From: Candidatus Brocadia sp.
Lineage (GTDB): Bacteria; Planctomycetota; Brocadiia; Brocadiales; Brocadiaceae
NCBI GenBank assembly: GCA_021650915.1
Contig: CP091279.1
Coordinates: 3,840,001 to 3,872,000, forward strand
Direction of reading: 5' to 3'
Length of the DNA stretch: 32,000 nucleotides
A program made the translations under genes and the position numbers. Shown here piece by piece: positions 18,785-25,148 of this stretch. The first letter of the stretch is position 1; each line of letters begins with the position of its first letter. The notes under the pieces were generated by a model, which saw only the letters and a program-made list of their open reading frames with translations, had not been told where the DNA came from and did not search any database.

Positions 18785-19706
18785 TCAGAAATCGAGCGAA
18801 CTTTTTACCTCTTTGACGGTCTGGCTTTTGATCGTATGGGTGTATATCATGGTAGTCCTTACATCGCTGTGTTCCAGCATCTCCTGGATAGTGCGGATGT
18901 CGTAGTTGGCCTGCAAGAGGTGGGTGGCGAAACTGTGGCATAAGGTATGGGAAGATACCCTCTTCTCCTCATAATTTCAGCCTTTCTCACCGCATTCTTA
19001 ATTGCCTGCTGTACATGGGTTTCATAAAGATGATATCACAGTAAAAGGCAGAGTCCGGCACCTGTCCTTCTTCCCCTTTCCTTCATGCACGGTCAACACA
19101 CCTGCATAGAAATTGAAATTGTGCACCCTGAGTTTCAGGCATTCTGACAAACGCAGACCGCAACCGTACAGTAGCTTGATTGTATAGGAATTTTCATTTT
19201 ATTTAAGCTGGTTTGCGGTAGGGTGGATTAAACGAGAGCGAATCCACCTTTCCAGGAAATAGTTGTGGTGGATTCGGCGTAAAAACCAACGCCTTAATCC
19301 ACCCTACTCATAACTTGACAATAAGGTTATACGGACTACTGAGATTTTTCAGGACAACATCAATTTGCGCAACAGGTATATGGCACCTTCTCTTCGCCCG
19401 AACATTGTCCCTCTGATCTCCGAAATCTCTCTTGATCGCATAACGATAAAAAAACAAGAGGGCATTAAACGCCTGATTTTGGGAAGACGCAGAGACATTC
19501 TCCCTGATTGCCAGGAATCGTAAAAACTCCTTCGCATCGGCTGAAGACAAATCCCCGGGAGGCTTGTTTTTCAAAAAAAGCTGGAACTTTCTGACCCATA
19601 ATGAATAGAACCTTAATGTTTTTGGCGAATAGTGTCTTGTCTTTATCTCGGCAAACAACTTAGTGTGAGCCTTTTTCCATTCAGCAATTGGGTCATGGGA
19701 TTTCAT
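18785..19706 (-). pseudogene. intI: Integron-integrase-like tyrosine recombinase, inactivated by MITE insertion, internal deletion and frameshift
   Basis: N-terminal fragment (19706 down to 19313): TRHYSPKTLRFYSLWVRKFQLFL...VSASSQNQAFNALLFFYRY...RAKRRCHIPV...YNLIVKL. The stop codon is supplied by the inserted element. Middle fragment (19179 down to about 19025): KLLYGCGLRLSECLKLRVHNFNFYAGVLTVHEGKGKKDRCRTLP. Then [21 protein letters not shown] follows in another frame, and [42 protein letters not shown]...* in a third frame, with the stop at 18785-18787. The roughly 70 aa normally found between KDR..LP and HH.Y, including the IntI-specific insertion, is missing. Confidence 0.8.
19180..19312. 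mobile_element. MITE-like structured repeat, copy 2 (133 bp), inserted inside the integrase gene
   Basis: Same ends as copy 1 (TTGTATAGGAATTTTCATTTTATTTAAGC ... CTTAATCCACCCTACTCATA). The flanks are TAGCTTGA (19172-19179) and TAACTTGA (19311-19318). Removing the element plus one flank copy restores an in-frame ...NLIVKLLYGCGLRLSE..., a conserved recombinase motif. Confidence 0.7.
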
Positions 19707-20068
19707 CTCTGATGCCGGATTTACCTTACGTGACGGTAACGCGTTGGGTTTTCCGTAGGGTTGATTATATTTATGACAGTAATCAAGATAGTATTGCAGT
19801 CATTTCTTATAATGATTATGGTATGAAACAGGAATCATCTTTTTTGTCAAAACCATCCTGTATTTTAACCACAATTCATTTGGGATATTGATCATTGAAT
19901 AAATATCCTCTTTTCTGTTTATCACACAAAAAGTGATGTTAGTCGGAAATAATATACGTATTTTTATATTTTTTGTCAATAATCTATTGTTTTATATTGA
20001 CTTTCAATTTTTGTTTTGATAAAAGACAGAAACTGTATAATAATTTGTCAGACATCAGGAGATATTGC

Positions 20069-20335
20069 ATGTCGTTTGCGTTTGTGTGTGCTGGATGGTT
20101 TGTAGGCTACTTTCTTCTGCGGTTTGGAATGGTTAGCAGGGGTAACATGTGCCAAGTTATCCAGTTTATTGGAGGCTTGCTTTGCACAGCAGTTTTGATT
20201 TCTTCGTTTTTCTTTGTGGGTTGGCTAAAAGCACTGCTGGGTTTGGCCGTTTTTTCGTTTGTCATTACTCCAATTGTTGAAATCATCATTGGCCGTATTG
20301 GAGCAGCAATTAATATCCCGTATCAAAAGGTCTAA
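20069..20335 (+). CDS. Small hydrophobic membrane protein (88 aa); first integron cassette ORF
   Basis: ATG at 20069 with an AGGAG RBS at 20057-20061. Three predicted hydrophobic helices. The TAA stop lies inside the attC R'' box GTCTAAC. I recognised no family. Confidence 0.5.
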   Translation: MSFAFVCAGWFVGYFLLRFGMVSRGNMCQVIQFIGGLLCTAVLISSFFFVGWLKALLGLAVFSFVITPIVEIIIGRIGAAINIPYQKV

Positions 20336-20394
20336 CAAATCGTTCAAGCGGACGCGGCACACGCCGCCGCGCCGCTTAACTCTAAAGGTTGTGC
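20330..20394 (+). other. attC recombination site 1 (65 bp)
   Basis: GTCTAAC-AAATC-GTT(C)AAGC-GG(A)CGCGGC-ACACGCC-GCCGCGCC-GCTTAAC-TCTAAAG-GTTGTGC. The R'' box fits RYYYAAC. L''/L' and the central stem pair, with two unpaired top-strand bases (C 20345, A 20352). The R' box begins with GTT. Confidence 0.72.
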
Positions 20395-20429
20395 GTCATG
20401 TAAGACATAAAGCAGGAGGTCTATTCAAG

Positions 20430-21302
20430 ATGAAGATTCTGGTAACGGGCAGCACCGGCACAGTTGGCTCTGAAGTGGTCAAGGAGCTTCATAAGCGCAA
20501 CGCTGCGGTTCGCGCTCTTGTCCACAGCGGGGGCAAGGGTGGCGACTTGCCGACGGATGTTGAAGTTGTCGTCGGCGACCTACTGGACCCGGTAGCGGTC
20601 CAAAAAGCGCTTGACGGTGTAGACAAACTTTACCTATTGAACGCTGTCGTTCCCGATGAGCTTACACAGGGACTCATAGCCTACGATCTAGCGAAGAGTC
20701 TCAAACTACAACAGGTCGTTTATCACTCGGTCTTCGAAGTAGACCGATTTAAGGACGTTCCACACTTTGCTTCTAAACTTGCTATCGAGAACGCACTAAA
20801 AGAGTTTGACGTTCCTTTTACCATTCTCCGCCCGAGCTACTTCTTCCAGAACGACAAGGCGTTAAAGGAGCCGCTGGTGGAGGCCGGCGTCTATCCGGTG
20901 CCCCTGGGAACGCGCGGCATTTCGGCGGTGGACGTGCGTGACATCGCGGAGGCCGCTGCCATTGCGCTAACGACCAATGGTCACCAGAGAAAAACATACA
21001 ATCTCGTCGGCCCGAAAGTCTTGAGCGGCCCGGACGCTGCTTCGATATGGAGCGGACTGCTTCACAGAGAGATTCGCTACGCAGGGGAAGCTCTCGACTC
21101 GTGGGAAGAGCAAATGCGGCATAGTGTCCCGCCGTGGATGGCTTTTGACTTGCGTATGATGTTCCAGGGGTATTTGGAGCGCGGCTTTGTTGCGGGCGAT
21201 GGAGATATCAAGGCATTAACGGAATTGTTGGGGCACCCACCTCGCAGTTACGAAGACTTCGCTCGGGAGACGGCGCTTGCTTGGCAGAACAAAGACGGCT
21301 GA
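20430..21302 (+). CDS. NmrA-family NAD(P)-binding protein (atypical SDR)
   Basis: MKILVTGSTGTVGSEVVKEL is a Rossmann motif, and the overall layout is NmrA-like. An AGGAGG RBS lies at 14-19 of 204xx. Visibly GC-richer than the surrounding sequence. The ORF-track start at 20259 reads through attC1 and I rejected it. Confidence 0.85.
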   Translation: MKILVTGSTGTVGSEVVKELHKRNAAVRALVHSGGKGGDLPTDVEVVVGDLLDPVAVQKALDGVDKLYLLNAVVPDELTQGLIAYDLAKSLKLQQVVYHSVFEVDRFKDVPHFASKLAIENALKEFDVPFTILRPSYFFQNDKALKEPLVEAGVYPVPLGTRGISAVDVRDIAEAAAIALTTNGHQRKTYNLVGPKVLSGPDAASIWSGLLHREIRYAGEALDSWEEQMRHSVPPWMAFDLRMMFQGYLERGFVAGDGDIKALTELLGHPPRSYEDFARETALAWQNKDG

Positions 21303-21334
21303 TCGGTATCCGATACGGTTTCAGCACTCATGCC

Positions 21335-21422
21335 GCCCAACAAGAGTGTGCAGCCGACCGCTTACAGCGTCCGCTCATCCGTCGCTTCCGCTTCCAGCGG
21401 CGGATGACACCAGCCGTTAGTT
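21335..21422 (+). other. attC recombination site 2 (88 bp, long branched type)
   Basis: GCCCAAC (RYYYAAC) is followed by AAGA, GTGT(G)CA and a long imperfect palindrome containing CATCCGTCGCT-tccgcttcc-AGCGGCGGATG. Then come TGACAC, CAGCC and GTTAGTT. It lies between the NmrA stop and the next ORF. Confidence 0.55.
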
Positions 21423-21454
21423 GCTAATATTGGCACATGAAAGATGGATAATTA

Positions 21455-21787
21455 ATGAAACTGCCTAATAATACCCTGATTGCGTATGAGAAACTGATAC
21501 AATATCTATTAGTTCCAAGAAAGCGAAACGATAAATCACAATGGTTAGCAAAGGCAGGCTACACTATCGAAAACTGGCTGTTATTGGAAAATGATTTACG
21601 CAACCAGATTTTATCACTCGATGTCGCGCTAATTGAAAATACCCAATATGGTCAAATGTATGAAATCAGAGGGAAATTAACCGGACCGAATGGAAAAAGT
21701 TTGAAAGTATGCACAATTTGGATGACTGAAAATGAAACAGGAGACACAAAGTTCATTACTATGTATCCAAACAAAGGGAGGATATAG
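21455..21787 (+). CDS. DUF6883-like protein (upstream partner of a two-gene TA-like pair)
   Basis: 110 aa. The pattern ...KL.QYLL.......KS.WLAKAGYT..NW..LE.DLR.Q......I....YGQMYEI.G.L.GPNGK...V.TIW......... matches what I recall of the DUF6883 family. It ends 2 nt before the next ORF. Confidence 0.65.
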   Translation: MKLPNNTLIAYEKLIQYLLVPRKRNDKSQWLAKAGYTIENWLLLENDLRNQILSLDVALIENTQYGQMYEIRGKLTGPNGKSLKVCTIWMTENETGDTKFITMYPNKGRI

Positions 21788-21789
21788 AA

Positions 21790-22041
21790 ATGGCATATAA
21801 ATTGTTTGAAGAAGTCGTTTTATTAAAAGATATTCCTGAAAAAAGATTAAAAAGAGGGGACGTTGCCACTATTGTTGAGCATCACCCTGTTTCTAAGGGT
21901 GAAGACGGATATTCATTAGAAGTATTTAATGCGCTTGGAGACACAATAGCAGTGATAATTGTACCTGAATCAGCAATTGAGCCTTTAACAGAAAATGAGA
22001 TTTTTAGTATTCGTTCGTTAACGGCAGGGGGAAAAGAGTAG
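21790..22041 (+). CDS. DUF4926-like protein (downstream partner of the pair)
   Basis: 83 aa. LFEEVVLLKDIPEKRLKRGDVATIVEHH....GYSLEVFNALGDTIAVIIVPESAIEPL is the SH3-like DUF4926 pattern. Confidence 0.65.
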   Translation: MAYKLFEEVVLLKDIPEKRLKRGDVATIVEHHPVSKGEDGYSLEVFNALGDTIAVIIVPESAIEPLTENEIFSIRSLTAGGKE

Positions 22042-22130
22042 AAGTAGCCGGGTACACCTCAGTTAAAAAAATGAACGAATTTTTCACCTGAATATCGTTG
22101 CAGCAAAATTAAGATTTAAGGAAAAAGAAA

Positions 22131-22190
22131 GCCTAATAATGCAATCCAGCGGACGGCAAAAAACGCCGCCGCTGATTTTTAGCGTTCGCG
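22131..22190 (+). other. attC recombination site 3 (60 bp)
   Basis: GCCTAAT-AATGC-AATC(C)AGC-GG(A)CGGC-AAAAAAC-GCCGCC-GCTGATT-TTTAGC-GTTCGCG. It has the same architecture and the same unpaired C and A as attC1. The R'' box has T in place of the final C. The next ORF starts 4 nt after it. Confidence 0.65.
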
Positions 22191-22193
22191 TGT

Positions 22194-22631
22194 ATGGAAC
22201 ACATTGAGTGGTGGCACATACTTGTCGTTGCAGCAATTGTCTGCCTCATCCTTGAAACGCTTTCGCACGGCTTGACCGGTTTCGCGTTTGCGATTGCGTT
22301 CGCGTCAGCGGCTGCCGCCGCATATTTCGGAGCACAAGCCAAAGGCCAATTGCTCGCTGCAATAATCAGTTTGGCGGTTTCCTTTTTTGGCCTTCGACCG
22401 TTGTTTCTGTGTCTCTTGATCAAGCAGACACCAGCAACCAGAACAAACCTGGAGGCGTTGATCGGACGACGAGCAAGAGTAATCGAAGCGATTGACACCG
22501 TCACAGGCGGCGGCAGGGTTCAGCTTGACGGCGATACTTGGAGAGCCTCATCGCTCCAAAAGCACGAAGTCGGAGATTGGGTCGTAATTACAGATTTAGA
22601 CGGTGTGACCGTCAACGTCAGAAAGGAATAA
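22194..22631 (+). CDS. NfeD-family membrane protein (short YbbJ/YuaF type)
   Basis: An N-terminal hydrophobic region is followed by a C-terminal OB-fold-like motif, GRRARVIEAID..TGGGRVQLDGDTWRASS...EVGDWVVITDLDGVTVNV. It lies directly upstream of an SPFH gene, the canonical pairing. Confidence 0.8.
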   Translation: MEHIEWWHILVVAAIVCLILETLSHGLTGFAFAIAFASAAAAAYFGAQAKGQLLAAIISLAVSFFGLRPLFLCLLIKQTPATRTNLEALIGRRARVIEAIDTVTGGGRVQLDGDTWRASSLQKHEVGDWVVITDLDGVTVNVRKE

Positions 22632-22637
22632 ACCACT

Positions 22638-23633
22638 ATGCCGCCTATCATCATCCTGAGTGCAGTCGTCTTATTGTTCATCATTTTCGTTGCCTTCGGC
22701 TTTCGCCTCATCAGCCAGTCGGAGACAATGGTTATAGAGCGTCTCGGACGCTACCACCGGACGCTGGATTCCGGCATCAATTTCATTTTCCCCATAACCG
22801 ACCGCACCAGGACCATTGAATGGAAGTACATCAAGGCAGATGTTGACGGAAAAACAATCGTGAGAAAGGGCACTATCAAACGCATCGATTTGCGAGAGAC
22901 CGTCTATGATTTTCCGAGGCAGACTGTCATCACGAAGGACAATGTCACTATCGAACTGAATGCGTTGCTTTATTTCCAGATTACCGACGCCAAACGGGCT
23001 GTTTACGAGATAAACAACTTGCCGGATGCGATTGAGAAGTTGACCCAGACGACTCTGCGAAACGTCATTGGAGAGCTTGAGCTTGACCAGACGCTTGCAT
23101 CGCGTGACACGATAAACACGAAACTTCGCGCGATTCTTGACGACGCCACCGGAAAGTGGGGCGTGAAGATCAACCGTGTCGAGTTGCAGGATATTGTCCC
23201 ACCCGATCAGATTCGCGACGCGATGGAGAAGCAGATGCGTGCCGAGCGAGACCGACGCGCCGCGATTCTTGAAGCCGAAGGTAAGAAGCAAGCCAGCATT
23301 CTACAAGCTGAGGGATTGCGGAACGCGGAAGTTGAAAAGGCACAGGGCGAGAAGCAGGCTGCCATTTTGATAGCTGACGGGCAGGCGGAAGCCAGAATCA
23401 GAACTGCCAAAGCAGAAGCGGAAGCAATTCGCCTCGTTACCGAATCGCTCGCACGCACCAAGACCGACCCCGCTCATTATCTGCTCGGCGTCAAATACGT
23501 TGAAACTCTGAGAGAGATGGTTTCAGGAAAGAACAACAAGGTTGTCTATCTGCCGTTCGAGGCCACGGCTCTCTTTGGCTCGCTCGGTGGCGTCAGAGAA
23601 CTTTTCCAGAAGACAGATGAAAAACGGGTCTAA
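22638..23633 (+). CDS. SPFH/band-7 (stomatin/QmcA-like) membrane protein
   Basis: An N-terminal TM anchor is followed by the SPFH core (VIERLGRYHRTL.SGINFIFP..D........DLRE...D.PRQ.VITKDNV.I..NALLYFQITD...AVYEI.N....IE.L.QTTLRNVIGELELDQTLASRD.IN). An Ala/Glu-rich coiled coil follows. The TAA stop lies inside GTCTAAC. Confidence 0.9.
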   Translation: MPPIIILSAVVLLFIIFVAFGFRLISQSETMVIERLGRYHRTLDSGINFIFPITDRTRTIEWKYIKADVDGKTIVRKGTIKRIDLRETVYDFPRQTVITKDNVTIELNALLYFQITDAKRAVYEINNLPDAIEKLTQTTLRNVIGELELDQTLASRDTINTKLRAILDDATGKWGVKINRVELQDIVPPDQIRDAMEKQMRAERDRRAAILEAEGKKQASILQAEGLRNAEVEKAQGEKQAAILIADGQAEARIRTAKAEAEAIRLVTESLARTKTDPAHYLLGVKYVETLREMVSGKNNKVVYLPFEATALFGSLGGVRELFQKTDEKRV

Positions 23634-23683
23634 CAATGCATTGCAGCGAACCTGACGGGAGGGTCGCTGTTGCAACGTTGCCT
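23628..23683 (+). other. attC recombination site 4 (56 bp, degenerate)
   Basis: GTCTAAC-AATGC-ATTGCAGC-GA(A)CC-TGACGGGAG-GGTCGCT(GTT)GCAA-C-GTTGCCT. Its left arm is near-identical to that of attC3 (TAAyAATGCAwTsCAGCG). The stem has an unpaired A on the left and a 3-nt bulge on the right arm. Confidence 0.5.
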
Positions 23684-23856
23684 CCCTGTGCTGGGGTTGC
23701 TGAGCTTGGGTCGTTGGGCGGCATGGTGGATATCAATGACCTCGCTCAGCGGATCTCATCTGTGTTAAATGACGCGGTGGTTTAGCGCCTATCGAAGCTT
23801 CTCCTTGACTGGACCAAGGACAGCAGGGTCGTTCTCTATACCTCGTTGCACTCGCC

Positions 23857-24028
23857 GTGGGCTTCACCATTGGCCGCTACCGTGCCTCCTCGTACCAGAA
23901 TCGTGGCGAGGCGCTGCTCTCCCGCGTTGTGCAGACGAACTTCGGTCCTCCTGACTATCACCTGATGAATCATGTCACCCTTCGGCTGAAGGATGGCACA
24001 ACCCAGGTTGATCACATTCTCGTCTCTA
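23857..24028 (+). pseudogene. NERD-domain-like protein, 5' part only; interrupted by IS630-family insertion
   Basis: The frame is open from 23809. It reads ...LYLVALAVGFTIGRY (a TM-like stretch), then NRGEALLSRVVQTNFGPPDYHLMNHVTLRLKDGTTQVDHILVS, which resembles the NERD N-terminal half (GE..v...L......y.v..dv.l.....tQIDHivvs). The reading frame runs into the IS at 24029, and no recognisable continuation follows the IS. The start codon is uncertain. Confidence 0.45.
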
Positions 24029-24045
24029 GTATTACAACAAATTAA

Positions 24046-24738
24046 TTACGAAACATAGTGCCTTGACAGCTTTTGATCAGCATCTTGCCGTGTAAACTTC
24101 CAATCTATTGTTGATTTGGCCTGATTGCGTCGGTCAGTCCACGCAGCGACTTCCGACCGAAGGGTTTGTTCGTTTGGTATTCGGCACCCAGTACACTGCC
24201 GATCCATGATGCCGATTTCAATTTCAGCCATATTAAGCCAACTGGCATGCTTGGGAGTATAATGAAATTCTACTCGTTCCAACATCTGGGTTGCTTCTTC
24301 AACACCCAATATTTCTTCAAAACTACTGCGAAAATGAGTATTAAGATTGTCCAACACCAGATGAATCTTGAGCGCCCTTACATAGACTTTTTTTACCAAA
24401 TGGCCGATGAACTGGACAAAATCTCTCTTGGTACGACGGGTTGTCACTTCAACCTGTCTACAACCACCCTTAGGTTCAACTGCCATGAAAATATTACGGG
24501 TGCCGGCACGTTTATACTCGCAGTCCTCTTTGACAGGATTGCCCGGACTGGCAGGAATTGGAAGGCGCGGTTGTTCCAAAAGCTGCTTACTCTTCTCGTC
24601 TACGCAAATCACTGGCTCGTCCTCACAATAAGACCTCGTGTAGAGTTCCAGCAAATCATACATCCTTTGGCGGTATTCCTCAGTCAATTTACCAATACAC
24701 CACATCAATTTCCGCCACGGCTTACAGTCGTTTTTTTT
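24046..24738 (-). CDS. IS630 transposase, DDE catalytic part (orfB), reached by a -1 frameshift on the A8 run
   Basis: The -1 frame across the A8 run (T8 on the plus strand, 24731-24738) reads KKNDCKPWRKLMWCI, a conserved IS630 junction motif. Downstream candidate acidic triad residues lie in VICVDEKS, HLVLDNLNTH and SWLNMAEIEI. Confidence 0.8.
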   Translation of the reverse strand, partial: KKNDCKPWRKLMWCIGKLTEEYRQRMYDLLELYTRSYCEDEPVICVDEKSKQLLEQPRLPIPASPGNPVKEDCEYKRAGTRNIFMAVEPKGGCRQVEVTTRRTKRDFVQFIGHLVKKVYVRALKIHLVLDNLNTHFRSSFEEILGVEEATQMLERVEFHYTPKHASWLNMAEIEIGIMDRQCTGCRIPNEQTLRSEVAAWTDRRNQAKSTIDWKFTRQDADQKLSRHYVS

Positions 24739-25148
24739 AGAAAGAGACGGATACTTTCACGACTAATCTTTCTAAGTTTTAGCTGTTGCCTTATTGCTTC
24801 AGTCAACAAGGCGATTGTCCAGCGCCTGGCACCCTTCGGTGGTGCACTACATGCCAAAGCTACGACTTCGGCTTGTTGGTTGGTTCCGTATTTTACCGGC
24901 TGACCGGGTCTGACAACATCGTGAAGTGCATAATCCAAGCCCTTCTCAAGATATGCAGAGCGTGTCCGCCAAATGGCAGTGCGGCCAACACCCAGAACAG
25001 ACAGAATATGTTTTTCAGGCACATTTTGGTCTAAAGCCGATAATATATGCGCACGATTGACTTCTCTTGTCATGTGCTGCCCCTTGGAGCGAAATGACTT
25101 CAAGGTTGCTCGTTCTTCCTCGGTAAGTTGAATTTTTGCTTGTCTCAT
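24705..25148 (-). CDS. IS630 transposase, N-terminal HTH part (orfA)
   Basis: MRQAKIQLTEEERATLKSF...GVGRTAIWRTRSAYLEKGL...RWTIALLTEAI. This is a helix-turn-helix / winged-helix region typical of IS630/Tc1 transposases. An upstream ATG at 25160 is an alternative start. Confidence 0.8.
   Translation of the reverse strand: MRQAKIQLTEEERATLKSFRSKGQHMTREVNRAHILSALDQNVPEKHILSVLGVGRTAIWRTRSAYLEKGLDYALHDVVRPGQPVKYGTNQQAEVVALACSAPPKGARRWTIALLTEAIRQQLKLRKISRESIRLFLKKTTVSRGGN

Noticed and set aside
18686-18943. An 85-aa plus-strand ORF and a 72-aa minus-strand ORF lie at 18686-18943.
   Set aside because: The plus-strand ORF is the codon-aligned antisense of the integrase C-terminal fragment. The listed minus-strand ORF is in the wrong frame. 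The meaningful frame reads [39 protein letters not shown].
19973-20068. The TTG-initiated N-terminal extension of the first cassette ORF (MSIIYCFILTFNFCFDKRQKLYNN...).
   Set aside because: It is an AT-rich, low-complexity translation. The internal ATG at 20069 has a proper AGGAG RBS.
20259-20429. The long ORF-track start of the NmrA gene at 20259.
   Set aside because: This extension overlaps the preceding cassette ORF and reads straight through attC1 (translated as ...KRTRHTPPRRLTLKVV...). The ATG at 20430 with an AGGAGG RBS gives the canonical MKILVTGSTG Rossmann start.
22133-22504. A 123-aa minus-strand ORF lies opposite NfeD, and several ORFs (22520-23461) lie antisense or off-frame to the SPFH gene.
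   Set aside because: These are GC-rich-region artefacts with Ala/Arg-rich translations. The plus-strand genes have clear family motifs.
24166-24903. A 245-aa plus-strand ORF lies inside the IS630 element.
   Set aside because: It is antisense to the transposase, whose HTH and DDE motifs are unambiguous on the minus strand.
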